From NCBI GenBank assembly GCA_964199315.1, contig OZ116700.1, forward strand, positions 5,394,001 through 5,458,000: DNA of 64,000 bases. Reading direction: 5' to 3'. Source of the stretch: Orbicella franksi (Eukaryota). The translations under genes and the position numbers were made by a program. Positions 51,246 to 64,000 of the stretch are shown one piece after another; positions within the stretch are counted from its first letter, which is position 1, and each line of letters begins with the position of its first letter. Below the pieces are notes generated by a model. The model had not been told where the DNA came from. It saw only the letters and a list, made by a program, of their open reading frames with translations, and did not search any database.

Positions 51246-52861
51246 TCACAGAGACACGTGTTCAGAATGCTTTGATTTAATGTGATTCAGCAGGCCTCTA
51301 TAACGCACAAAGTTTCTTCCGCAATGTCTACATTTATGAACAGTGTCCTCTGTCTCGTGTAGTTTGACGTGTTTCTTCATGTTGCTTGGATCGCTGAACG
51401 ACTTGTCGCATACTTTGCAGCGGAGTGGCTTGAAGCCGGTATGCGTGCGCATGTGGATTTTCAGCACGTATTTCCTGCAGTATACTTTACCGCAGTATTC
51501 GCACGTAAAACCCTGGTTTCGTGGGGAAGTCTGGGGCGAGTTTGCAGCATGATGCCCAAAGAATGGAATCATGCGCGGATAGGTAGAGTAGCGGTATATT
51601 GAGTCGACAAAAAACGCGGGCTCATGATAACGCGATAGATTCTCAGTTGTTTGGTGCAGGAAGGACGCTGATATGCAATGGCATTGTAAATGTTGTTGAA
51701 AAGTCGCGCCGTTGTCTCGATGCATTCTCTGATATGCAAAGTACGACCCTAATCTAGAAAAGTTCGTAGGTGAAAGTAATTGGTTGAATTGGTTTGAACG
51801 GCAAATGTTTCGATCTAACTCTTCTATAAGCGTCGCCTGATTTTCCTCATTCTCCTCGGTAGTTATTTCTTCGATTGAATTCGTCTCTCTATTGGAAGTT
51901 GAGCTCTTACGCTGCTTCGAAATGTCACTTGAGTCATCATGGTGATGGCACGTGCATTCACGAGCTGGTGCACGTGACAAATGTTCTTCGTGCGCACGCA
52001 GACTTTCGTGACCATTTGAAGGGGGGCACCCACGAGTGATGAATGTCAGTTTGGATTCCGAAGAGCTCGCAATATTCGAATGAGAATTAAAAGAGTCATT
52101 TAACGGCAGATGTTCATTTTGAAAGTTATATTTTGAAGCGTTTTTCCTACTTCCATTTTGGAAAATTTCACCCTCAGATGATGGAGCAAAATAGTTGTTG
52201 CTTTTATCCAGATCTATCATATAATCGTCACGAAAGCAGTCTATAAATTCATCTTTCTCTTCTTTTATGTGTAGTTTTTCTTCATCATCCTCCAAAGAAA
52301 ACTCACTATCTTCTTTCGTCATGAAAGAGCGCCGATACTGTGTGGCACATCTCCTCTCCATGCCCTCACGGTAAAGGTGTCTTCGAAGGTAATGCTCGTT
52401 CCCTTGGAATTTCTTTCGAAATTCTTGCTTGTGGAACTCAGCTAATGATTGTGGTTCGTTGGCAAACTTTCGAAAGCGAGGCCGTGAAAAGCTTGAAATC
52501 AGACTCGCCAGTTTGGGATTGGACAAGACACCACTGTGACTGAATGTTAAAGATTGTCCGTTCATTTTCGGAGAAGTGTCTCTCTGGGTATTTCTCTCAT
52601 TCCAGTGACCTTGTTCGGCAGTGGAGGTCTTCGCCTTTACTCTCTCCTCATGGTATTCCATTCCTAATTCTTTGGATTCGAAAGATGAGTCTCCGGCGCT
52701 ATCATTTGGTACTAAACCATGAATGCCTGCCGTTTTGTCAATAGCTAGCCCTCGTGGGCTTGTACTGGAGCCTAGATTGCTGCAGCCATAAGTTGTGTGA
52801 GCTACAAACGCGCGGGAATATTGAAAGGTTTCTTTACAGTGTTTGCAGATCCACTGATAAT
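51246..52861 (-). CDS. PRDM13: PRDM13-like coding exon 3 (C2HC finger, linker, three C2H2 fingers, stop)
   Basis: Acceptor tcttgttgtag phase 1; 544-codon ORF in the track; tandem stops TGATAA. Confidence 0.95.
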
Positions 52862-55800
52862 CTACAACAAGACAAGTCAATAGTAATTAGAAAATTTTTA
52901 TCACTAGTTAACTTGAAACAAAATTCTGATACGAATGTTGGCGTTTATAATGCACAAAATACTGCTAACCAACAGCTTGAAAGAAAGTTGCGGAGGTACT
53001 TTCCGTCTGGCCTATTCTAGTGTTCATAAAATACTTGAGAAACTACGCGTGCCCTCATTGGTCGATATGTATGTTGAGATGAGAGCATGTGAACACGGTT
53101 GTGACGTTTTAGATTGGCGCACGTTTTTGAGGGTTGGGAGAATTCTCCAAAGTTATGTGAACCCTCGGCTACGTCTCGGGTTTGTATAACTGACTCGAAT
53201 TCTCCGAATACCCTTCTCGTTTAGATGAGGCTATCACTGAAACACGGAAAAAGTGCTCTATTGCTTAAATATGACTCCATTTTTTTTCGGACGAAAAAGC
53301 TATTTAAAGTAGTGTTGGTACAACTGACCTTTAAACGCCTCCTCAGAAATGCATCCCAATCCATGTTCTTCCTCCAAAGACGGAGCCAGCCACACTCTCA
53401 GTTCTTCACCAGACGATATGTCTCTTGTGGTCCTGAAGTAAATTTGATCTCCGTCAGGAGTTCTTATCGCTTCCATGTTCTGTTCATCTTGGAAACGAGC
53501 AGGATTCACCTCGGACATCCACGAGAAATCGCCCTCCAGCAGATTGTGTTCGTTGTAATCTCTTTTCTCTGATGCCTGCAGAAGAAATACGGCTTCAGCT
53601 TGAGGACGAGGAAAGATATTTATGTTCAAAATCGTACCTACGGTGGCCCACGCAGGCAGTACAAAAATATTTATTACAGACCAAACACGTTTGTTACAGT
53701 ACAAACGTGTTTATAACAGTACAAAAATATTAACTCTGGAGATAATTTTTTCAGCTCAAACATCCAATACAAATGTATTATTCCAGCACAAGTATGTTTA
53801 TTGCACTATAAATCAGATTTTTTTTTACAGCAGATATATCTTTTTTCCAGTGCAAAAATTTTCATTATTTCCCAGTCCAAAAAAAAATATTTTTCTCTCA
53901 TCCCTTCTTATCCTGCTTTGTCCACTTAGTGTTATTCCTGTCAAAACATACTGGCTGGTTTGTGTACAACAGACATGCAGCGAAGAGACCGTCGCTAGCT
54001 CAGTCACTCTTTTATCGTTACCAGTGACAATGGCCTCAAGATTTACCCTTGGTATTTCACCCGAACCACAACTGCAACATTTTTTGCATGTGAAAAACTT
54101 TCGTACCGCCTCTATGAGTCACAGTAAAAATGGCTGGACAATAACAGTGGGTTTGCCATTTTTGCCCATAAAGACTTTTTCTTTGAAATCAAAAGAAAGA
54201 TTGCCGGGCTCTGGCGGCGGAGGAGGCCGCAACATTATACAGAATAGACTGCATTATTTTCGCTGTACACTAATGACTTTCTCACCAGTGTTAACGCCCA
54301 TTTCCATTTTTGACGCCACTTAGAACTTAACTGCTAGCGTAATTTACCAACACATATTAGAGAACGAAAGGTTACAAGCAGAGAAAACTGCGTTATCTTT
54401 TTTTAGCTCGTGCAGACGAAAGAAAAAAATACTATCCATCAAGACATATCTGCTTACCATTGCTCAGCGATTAGAGAAAAACAGAGAACTGCAAGGTTTC
54501 TTTAGTGGTTTGGCTCAGTCACGACAGCGAAGGAAGATTACCGTACTCCTCGCCTCCCGTCAGTTGTTTGAAAAGAGTTGTTCAAATATGTCCAGAGATT
54601 GAAATTTTAAAATCTCGTCGTTCCCAAGCAAAAAATATCGATCTCCGTAATGAGCGCCTTGGTTTCATTCTATATAGGTTATGAGAATCTGGTGTTGCAA
54701 TATCCCCCGTTTGATGATTTTCCTAATTCTCCTTACCTGACTACTTGACAGTGTATAAACATTATGAAGATAAATCAGTTGTTAATCAGTCTTGGGAATT
54801 AGAGAGTTAGAGAGTTATGCTGGAAAAATAGAAACTCAAATTCTCATATTTACTGGCCATACTTCCACTTGAATCTTTACTTAGCAACTCAGGAAGCGCA
54901 TAAAAACGAGCCTCTTAAACCATGCGAGGGCGTTGAATTGAAGCGGAAAATCATTGGATGATTTGAGATCTAGGGAAATTGACGAATGTATTCAAAGAAG
55001 TGTTCCGTCGAGGAAATTAACTCTCACGTACTGAGGACATGAAAGTTTTCATTTCCTTTAAGTTGAATTGAAAATGAACTTGTCTGCTGAGAACAAAGCA
55101 AATGTTGTGTTTATTTTTGTCCTGAAACAAAGCCCGGTTAAAGTGTGAGCAATTTAAACGCAAAAAATGCTTTTAAGAGCATTGTACAACATGTGCGACC
55201 AGCCAATTATCTTAATAGTTTATTCACGATTGATCAGCGTTAACAACAGGGTTTTGGCTTAGTCGGTAACTCTTTAATCATAAGGGTGATCTCTTGTTTT
55301 TTTTAATTTTATAGTTACCTTGGTGGTTGCATTATCATAACGTAGAAAAGGAACTGCTCACTATTTTCACGGTCAATTAACATTCTTTTTTGGTGCTTTT
55401 TAAAGTTTGACCTTCTGTGCGGCATCCCTGGAACCTTAGTAACTTTACTGAATTGCCTCATCAAAGCACTCCGAATAGGAAAATTTTTACTTATTGCTGA
55501 ATTTTTCAAGTACGTATTGACTCACATTGATAATAGTTCTTTTAATTTGTCAAAAGAAAACAAGCTCAAAACAATCCGCAGAACTTCTACAAGTAATTTC
55601 AAAACATTTTGCTACCTGAGCTCAAACAATCATATTTTGCCGCCATGCATTTAGCGTAAAATTCTACAGGTATAAAAATTTTGAAAAAAAATATAAGGAA
55701 TTTTCTCGCTTTAGTACCAAAACGTAACTTTTATGCAGCAAAAGAGGATGATTTAGGACCATTCCTTCTTGCATGTAGTTATTTTCACATTTTGAGGACT

Positions 55801-58800
55801 TCTTTTAGTTTATTTTATTCATTCAGGTATATACATATATGTTTCCCGGCACTTAAAAAAAAAAAAAAGAAATCGAAGGTGGCGGCTGTTCCGATATAAT
55901 GACAGAATTTCCACGTGATATCACGTCATCATGCCATGTTGTTTAACTCAAAGGAACCATTTTTTGACCGTGGTATGTACCCTCTAAGGAGTACATGCAT
56001 GGTTATTGTTTAACAATTCTTGAAGTTATGGAGACGATCAACCCTCCCTCCTCCCTCCGTCATACAAGATCAAAATCAAAGGATTGGAGACATCACATCA
56101 CAGAATGTAAATGTATTAAAAAAAGTAATTTCGCCATGTTTTGTCAGAAATCTTCGATCTTCCATTGCTATTTGACTTTCGCCGAGTTCTCTCTTCTATC
56201 AGGATAAGCTAAATCTTCTTGTCTTGTTTCGCGACCATTTCTTCTTTTAGTCGAATTACACGTTTTCATTTGAATAGCGACTGGCTGCAAGTAGGGCGGT
56301 AGCTAGTAAAAGACAAACTGAGGCACTTGTCTCAGTCATTTTTTTCGTTTTCGTTGTTTATAGTCATCAGAAACACCCTAAATACCTAGGAAGAGACCGA
56401 GGACATTGCCTCAGTCATAATTTTTTTTCTGGCCAAGGCTCTGCCAAGCAACCCTTTCTCTCGAATTGCACTTCAAATAAATATATGTTTCATTTTCATT
56501 TACAAACACGGTTTTTAAATCATTCGATCTCTCGAAGATAATTTTCCCTTATTTATATATAAATATTTTCTTCAAAGCTACTTTTTTAGCCCAGACCATA
56601 TTTATTCATACAAGTTTAAAAAACTGTGAATTCGGATCAGTATGGCTCCTGATTCGGATCTTTTTCTTCATCTCATGTCGTTGTGAAAATTTGAAGAGGT
56701 AACGCCTGCAAGAACTGTGTTCCTGACAGAGTAGACTAATTTAGGCGTTTTAAAACAATAGCATCGCGACTTCATCTCGTGTGATTGTTCAAATGAAAAG
56801 AAGTCTTGTGAAACACTTCTTGCGATGACAGATATTTCAACAACAACTTTTAGTTTCATACCGTTGAGGAACATATTAGTAACGACTTTTTTTATGACTT
56901 ATTCATTCTTCCCAAAACGTTCCTTCTTGTTTTTTGTGAAGAAATGCCCCAGTTATAATGCGTGTACATTAAGCTGAAGTTCTATGACTCTTTCGATTCT
57001 TTTATGGCGAGCGACAAAAGCATCGTGAACGTAAATATGGACTAAATCAAGTCCGAGACGACTCCCACTCCAAAACTGTATTGTTTTAAGTGCGAAATGC
57101 TTTTATACATTGTTACCACAGTCTGCCAGCTAATGGCACTATCACTGAACGCCAAATGTTTAATTCTCAAACAAGATTTAAAAAGGTGTCATCAAAAATA
57201 TTGCTGTCAGTCCTTTTAACACATGTCCTTTTTGTTTCATGGGAGGGGTGAGAAGAGAAAATATTGCAATGCGCGAAGTATATTAAATATTCAACACGTT
57301 GCTGGGAAGATTGACAGCGAACGTGTTTTTGTTTGCTTTTTGTTTCAGAGACGTATCTATCCTGTTCAGCTATTGTGATGGATCGGGTTTATAAACAAGT
57401 TCCTTTCTGAGCTATTTGTTCTATTATATTCTTTCTGTGAACCCCTTTCTTTCCGTGTTATTTCAGTGAGCTGTTCCGAGATAACATGAGAACAGATGTT
57501 TTGTTCTACGCGCGCGACTGAGCTTATAAAACTCTAGACCAATGCCATCTTCATTTCATGGAATTTTTTTTTTTTTTTGCCTCAGCTCAGGTATTAGTAC
57601 TATCGCTTTTTACTCTGGCCGAAACGGTTTTTTTTTTTTTTAACTGCTTATGGCAGTTGATGGCTATTAACACCGCGCCATGAGAACATCCCATATGTTC
57701 TGAAGTTGTATTAAAGTATCTCAGCTATTAAAAATTTGTCACAGAATTCATTAAAACATGCAAAGTAAATACATTTCGATCTAAGTGAAACAGGCCTCTA
57801 CATGTTTCAATCTCATGAATCTGTTAATCTCGCCAGTGACGCTGGATATTGCCAAAAACCCTCTTCTTCGACAACTAATGTATTTTCTGGCGATTCAAGC
57901 TCCAAAGCGAAGAATAATTTCAAATCACTAAAACCAAAGCTAATTGCGACATTGACTGGGTCGAATGAAGACTAACCTTAAGTGCTTGTAAATATTTGAA
58001 TGGAAAGCTCACTTATCGATTAATGTTTACTTTTATGCTGTTTACTTTATAAAGTTCTCTGAGGAACTCAGGAAATTTCAACCGAAAAATTGTCATGACA
58101 AAAACACACGATGAATCCGCCGACGATTTTCCGCCAGACTTGCGACGTTGTCTATTTTAACTCACAGTCAATTGACCTTAATGAAGATCGTAAATGGCTG
58201 TGGGAAGATAAAATTTTTGCCACGCAGCACCTGACAAATACGACCGCTGTTTAAGCTCTTCAACTTGAAAATTACCAAAAGACTAAAGGAGAAAATAAAG
58301 ATCACGAAAATTCATTGCTCTGATTTTTTTTTACGGCGACGAAATAGAAACGTTACGGTTTTTTCCTGTGGACTACATACATTAGAGGAATCAAATAGCT
58401 TTGGACATGGCCGATCACAAAAGAAGTATATCCCCCTTGTATCCAGTTTAGTCCTTTCTAGGGAGATATATTCGCTCTCAGCCCGATACAATAAAACAGA
58501 AAACTAAATATATATATATATATATTTTTTTTTTTTGGACACAGACTTCCTTACAAAACTAACAACGACACCGAAAATATTGCTACCTAACCTCCGGCCA
58601 CGCAATGGAGCTCTTTTTTCAAGGCAGTCTAGTGCACGCAGTTTGTTTCATCGGTGATTTGGCTTAGTTTTTCCTTGTTCACAGCCTTTTAAAACGAAAA
58701 TAAAATAATAGAGAGGGTCAAAACATTAGAAAAAAAACTTTCGTTGAGTGAAGGCTATCGATCATGTTGACAACACATAGAAGAAGTTTTGTACAACTGC

Positions 58801-60146
58801 TCCTGTACACACTATTTAGCTTCTAAATGAACAGCTAAGTCACGAAACAAGCCGACCCATTCGAAATCTGAATCAGAGAAGTTCCTTGGAGGCCAATGTT
58901 GCGAGAATGTTCTCCTGTGGCTGTTCAAAATGTCATCTTTCAGAGCGACTCCGATACGAAAGCGGGACATCTCATTCTACTCTCGATCGCCCATAATCAG
59001 TGCATGGCCGAATGTTTTTTTAAGAGACAGAACCCGTATACGTATAGAGAATCCTTCTGTAAAATATTATGATCGATGACAGAACCGGTGAAAGCTATTT
59101 AGAATTTCAGTTATAAATTGAGCTTAGTACCGCAATTTTGAAGTGTGCCTTAGATACTTAACTGTAGAATACAAAACAAACTCTTATATGTCGTAGTTAG
59201 TTTTAAAACATACCTTCTACACTGGTCATAGTTTTGTGCAAAGCTAGCAAAGCTCGAGCGTTTTCCTTTTTGCTAGCTCCCAAAATGTTCTTTATTATTA
59301 TATTTTTCATTCTCGTGTTTTCTCTCTTTTTGCTATATTTTTCCTTTATTACGGGCAAAATTAAAATCATACCAAATATTGAATTAATATGCATTATCAA
59401 GCGCGTGGAGCGAAACGACAAAATTTTCTCTCCTTTTTTTTCCGAAAAAGGTCAGTTTCGGCAGATCCTTTTTAAGTTTTTCGCTCTCCAGAAAAGTATA
59501 AAAGTTTCGGATCAATAACTTAAATAGATTTGCAAAGCCATGTTTTGTATTCCAACCGTTGACACTAATTCGACTATTTAAGCATATTTTATGTAATTTC
59601 AATTAGAGACAAAAAATGTGCTGTGTTTTTAGTGAATGAAAACCTTGAAGAGAACCGACGTTTAGCCAGTGTTTGGATCATTTTTATCCCGCAATTTGTT
59701 TGAAAATGAAACTTCTCTGTTGTTCTCTTTTGCCGTTGAAATAATACCCCAACTTATGCCAATAATCCTGGATAACAACCTGCAGATTAACTCAAATCGC
59801 TGGGAAGTTTCTTTATGCTTGTATCAATTTTCACTCAAGTGCATTGAGACAGAAAATCAAACCCATTATAACTATGAAATCACCGCGTCAAGTCCATAAA
59901 GAAACCTTAGTTTTTTTATGGCTTCAAGGTTCTATCCTGCTGTTAAAATACTATGAAACATGCCGCCAAATTCAATAAAAAAACATCAGCGCTTACCTTG
60001 AATTGGACCGAAGGTGTTAGTAAAAACTGAACTCTTTTAATCAACTGGGTAACATCTCCTTGGTACGGACCGAAAAAAAAGTTTCCGGCGAGAAAGCTCT
60101 TCGCCCACACTCGACTGTCTTTCCGTGCTGAAATTATTTTTGACAT
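51246..60146 (-). CDS. PRDM13: PRDM13-like PR/SET-domain zinc-finger transcription factor, 3 coding exons, about 670 aa
   Basis: Exons 59997-60146, 53329-53575 and 51246-52861 join in phase (0, then 1). PR motifs VWAK..FFGPYQG, WMSEVNPAR..EQNMEA, IYFRTTRDISSGEELRVW; post-PR C2HC finger CKHCKETFQY..AH...C; three C-terminal C2H2 fingers (CEYCGKVYCRKYVLKIHMRTHTGFKPLRCKVC..DPSN..KH) closely resemble PRDM13 as I recall it. Confidence 0.88.
53329..53575 (-). CDS. PRDM13: PRDM13-like coding exon 2 (PR/SET core)
   Basis: Acceptor tttcttctgcag phase 0; donor G|GTCAGT phase 1. Confidence 0.9.
59997..60146 (-). CDS. PRDM13: PRDM13-like coding exon 1
   Basis: ATG at 60146 with upstream in-frame stop; donor AAG|GTAAGC; acceptor tctcttcccactcag upstream near 60246 implies a spliced 5' UTR. 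Confidence 0.8.
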
Positions 60147-60249
60147 CGTGCGTTTTTTTGCCAGTTCTAGCTCGAAATTCAGTGTTGTTTCGCAGGAACT
60201 AGTGTAAAATTTTTCAGGTGGCTCAGTTGACCCTTAAAAAGACCTCTGA

Positions 60250-62284
60250 GTGGGAAGAGAAAAGTAATCTCATTCCTCGAGCAAAGAAAAGTCGTACTTG
60301 AAATCACAGAGGAGAGAAAAGAATTGACAATTTATTAACGCTTGTCTTGTTTTTATTTTTGCATTTGAGTGTGGGAACGCAAGCCTGTTACGCATCTGTT
60401 GACCTAATAGGTTTTAGTCTTTTAATACATTGTTTAGATAAAATACCTTTGTTCTTTATTTCTTTAAAGTATCTATTATTGCCTCTAGAAGCTTTTAAAT
60501 ACATGTCGAGAACAGACATCTGTGAAAGAGTCCAATGAATCAAACCCAATTCAAGTCACTAATTAAACCAAATTGGACTCAGGTTGACTCCGTATGTTAA
60601 ATCGTATTGTTATGCGGTGCATATTGTTTTCTCGTGCATTCAAAGGCTATTTCGCGCTATTTCCTGCATGGTTTTAGGGTATCAGGAGCCATCTATGATC
60701 CATATGTCTCAATTCCCATTAAGTATATCAAGAATGTTCCTCACATTTTTGTTTTCCCAGGAACTTATCCATGTACTGTTCTCGCGATCAGCTCTGCCAA
60801 AGTCCTCTTTTCGCCTAATTCTGTGAATTTAACTGAAGAAAATGGAAATTCAAATGCCTAGCTATACATGACTCGCTAGACTTAACAACTGACTTAGTGC
60901 AATAGATCATATACTTGGGTCAGCAATTTTCGTAGTTAATCGTAACTTTTCAGAGAGGACCCGTCTGCCGATTTTATATTGGCGCAATACAAACCTCTTT
61001 AGTGAAAGAGTGTGCAGTGATATGCGTTTGACAGTTGATGTAAGTAAAGGAAAAATATAAGAAATCAAAATTAAAAATAGAAACGAAAAAGAAGAAACAG
61101 CTGAACAGCAAAAAGATTAACAGAACCGGAATTTAATTAGTTAAAACCAAATTAGCTCGCTGATGAAATGCAGTTTCTTCAATTCACAGCTTGAGGAAAT
61201 CCTTCTGTTTCCACCCTGTATAATGACTGAAGAGCTTTTAATATGTTCCTAAGAATTACAGACCTCATGATCGCTTGGAAAGCTTGAGTATCAGTCGTAA
61301 AAGAGTTTCGGCGCTAGATTCAACGAAAGTTCACTTTTTTTGATTAACCGAAAAATTTCCATATGTCAAAGGTGTTTCCGCTCGAAAACATATAAGCTTG
61401 ATAAATGTGATGTTTGTAGGTAGTAAATCTTTTCCCGAGCATATCTAAATAATAATGGCATGGTTCTACCGTCGCTAATTAGACTTAAAATACAAGGACA
61501 CCAAAAAATTACACCTGATCCTAACCACAGTATAATATCGAAAACCTGAACCAAGGAATAATTATCATTTCATCTCAGGAGAGGCCGCCTAAACTAAATG
61601 ACATAATTTTTGTGAAAAGAACTATTGAAGTTCGAAATGTCCACTTTTCATAATGAAAAATTGGCTTTATTTCGGAAACATTTTCGTTATTAGCCATCAC
61701 TTTAGGAAAAAGAAATTGAGCATTATTTTCAATGCTTTCAATCCAATCCTTTCGGCAATTAAAAACCTTTTTGGGAAGCCAAAGAGTTTTAACTTTCTTC
61801 GAAAGTCGAATGTTGGATTGGCTGAAATATTATCTCTTCAGACATCGTTAACAAACAGGAAAGCAATCGTGACGTTTCTAAATGTTGCTAAGCAGGTGAC
61901 GAAAGCGAGCGCACCCCACGTCACCGGTAATCCGGTACATGCGGTGAAATTTCCCCTGGATTCCCGTTTCTTTTTTGAAAGCAAACTTGAAGGAGAGCTT
62001 AGCTGCAAGAATCGACTACTCGAATATTAGAAACCAGAAAAAGAAGGAAAAAGAAACGGTTTTCATCCTTTTTAATCCGCCCGGTCCCGTGAACTCTAAC
62101 CGCGAGACCCGCGCACACCAGCAACGTTCCCGCATATGGACTTACTCAGGTCTAGCTCTCCGCGGCCATTTACAGGTGACGCCTGGCAACAAATGTGCTG
62201 ATGTAGTTTTACCGGTTCAACAATACGATTTCTGTCGGCTATGTCTTAGGATCAGCTTAGAACTCAACTCACTAGAACAGAAAC
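60250..62284. promoter_or_regulatory. Divergent (head-to-head) promoter region between PRDM13-like and the plus-strand gene
   Basis: Start codons at 60146 (-) and 62285 (+); CpG-richer patch at about 61900-62200; minus-strand GTAAGT donor at 62145. Confidence 0.5.
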
Positions 62285-63490
62285 ATGGCAGAAAGTCCTT
62301 CAGCGGGGTATGAACTCCAAGATGAAAACGGTAAAAAAGCCTTTCAGCTGTTTAAAAATTCAGGGTATCCATCTTTGTCACACGCATGTACAGTAAATAA
62401 CAATGTTTTTGTTTTTGTTAACTCATTTAGATGTACCTCCTCTGGAGGATATGTCAGAACTAATTCAACAAGTAAACAAGTTACGCGAGGATGTGTCACC
62501 TGGACAATCGTCGGAACAATCGACAAAAATGTCAGCCACAAAACCAAAGATAAAGTCAGAATCTGAAGCACAGGTAATATTTCCCTATCTGTCCTAACAT
62601 CGGGCCATTCCATTTATTATCGGCACCCTCCCCCTCCCCTATTGGGGTACTTTTTATTTTACCCCCTCAGAAAAGTTAACTTTCTGCCCCTTGAGAAAGG
62701 AAGATCAAACTGCCGACACACTTCCCCCTTTCATAATTTATTAAAAGATCAAAGGAGCCAACAGTTATCCCCTCAGAAACGGCCTTTAACATTAACGACT
62801 CTCCCCCCCACCTCAGATTTCCTAGAACCTCAATAGGAGGGGTGGGGGTGCGGATAAAAAAAATGGAATGGTCCATTAATTATGTGGTCTAAACCAAGGG
62901 GGAAAAGGGTTTTAGTTTGTATTATTATGTAATTCATGTACATGGATAGAAAAGAACCAACATAAGTGCATTAAACTTCTAGTTGTGATTATTGGGTGAT
63001 TTCAATACTGTGACTGACTTCTGCTGATCAGATGGTACTGGCATGTGGTCAGAGAGAGAATGAAAATATTTCTGCCATCCTTTCCTCCCAAGTCCCTTTT
63101 CTCGCATATTGTTGCCCCCGCCCCCTGTCATACCCAGTATGGAAGTGTAAAACAAAGCTATCTGCTTAGATTGATCATTTATATATTATACATAGCCCTA
63201 ATGTTCTTCTGTTCACAGAATCTGACTTGTCTTTTCCTTGTCTTTGTTTTCGAAGACCCCCAAGGCTTCAGAAAGTCAGAGGACATTTGGTGGATTTAAG
63301 AAAGGTTTTTTAACAAACCCCAAACCAAGAAAGGTAAACTCTACGCAGTCATCAAAATCTACAAAGAAGAGTGCTGAAACAGATATGCCTGTGATCAGGG
63401 CCAAGAACCCAGAACAAAAAACCAAAGGAATAGAGATACCAGAAGTTCAGGAAGCAATGAAGTCTAGCATACCAAGCTTGGAGAACAAAG
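62285..63490 (+). CDS. Uncharacterised protein, first 3 exons, continuing beyond the window (possibly STI1/DP-domain family)
   Basis: Exons 62285-62330 (aaacATGg; G|GTAAAA), 62431-62573 (tttag|AT; CAG|GTAATA) and 63256-63490 (ttttcgaag|; G|GTCACT) join in phase: MAESPSAGYELQDENDVPPLEDMSEL...FGGFKKGFL...IPEVQEAMK. The family assignment is from memory only. Confidence 0.75.
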
Positions 63491-64000
63491 GTCACTAAAA
63501 CATCCTTACTTGGCAGTAATCATGAATGAGAAATTGTCTGCACTGAGATCTAGAGAAGCAACATTAAAGCTGAAAGTGTGCTTCTTTGATTAAATCAAAG
63601 GGGCTTGTAGGGGGGGGGGGGAGGATATTTAACAGGGCTATCTTGCAGCATATAATTTTTGAGTAACTGTTAGCAGAGCTCTCAAGTCTTGCGCATCGAG
63701 CACGAGACTCACGCAAACAAATTTAATCTTACGTGCTCACGCTGAAACTACTATTTCTCATGCATTTAAGGTTCCTTCATGCTTTAGTCCTACCTATTAA
63801 ATTACCCACCTACATAATTAATTATCTTTTTGGACATAATTTACTCCTTGTTCGCCTTGTACTCTCTTCAAACACTTAGCAACAGTAGGAATTCTTGTGC
63901 AGAGAAAGTGCTTCTGCAGTCAGTGGAATATAAACAGTTACTTTTAAAGCAACACATTTCCACTCAGAACGCAGGAAAACACATCTTAGCTACTTCAATT

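Noticed and set aside
52340-53572. Plus-strand ORFs overlapping PRDM13 exons
   Set aside because: Antisense shadows of the real coding exons

Overview
Eukaryotic, AT-rich, intron- and repeat-rich animal DNA. It is most likely an anthozoan cnidarian (stony coral); this is inferred from the SINE/MITE repertoire and gene style, not proven. Most ORFs in the supplied track are chance or repeat-derived. Three spliced genes can be rebuilt by hand from splice signals and reading phase. (1) Minus strand, 34168 down to at least 12710: nine phase-consistent exons (324 aa so far) encoding an N-terminal Ras-binding-domain-like fold and a degenerate Dbl-homology (RhoGEF) domain. One intron is GC-AG, and the 3' end is unresolved. 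(2) Minus strand, 60146-51246: a complete 3-exon, about 670-aa PRDM13-like PR/SET zinc-finger factor whose PR motif reads ELRVWL instead of ELxVWY. (3) Plus strand from 62285: the first three exons of an uncharacterised protein, head-to-head with PRDM13-like and running off the window. The remainder holds tRNA-derived SINEs, two LINE (L2/CR1-like) relics nested in other elements, many MITEs, a 33-bp minisatellite and a possible GPCR relic. No prokaryotic system, CRISPR array, rRNA or tRNA was found. The best leads are the probable pseudo-GEF, an in-phase polybasic cryptic exon inside it, a 206-codon orphan ORF in its intron, the PR-domain Tyr loss and a possibly shared promoter.
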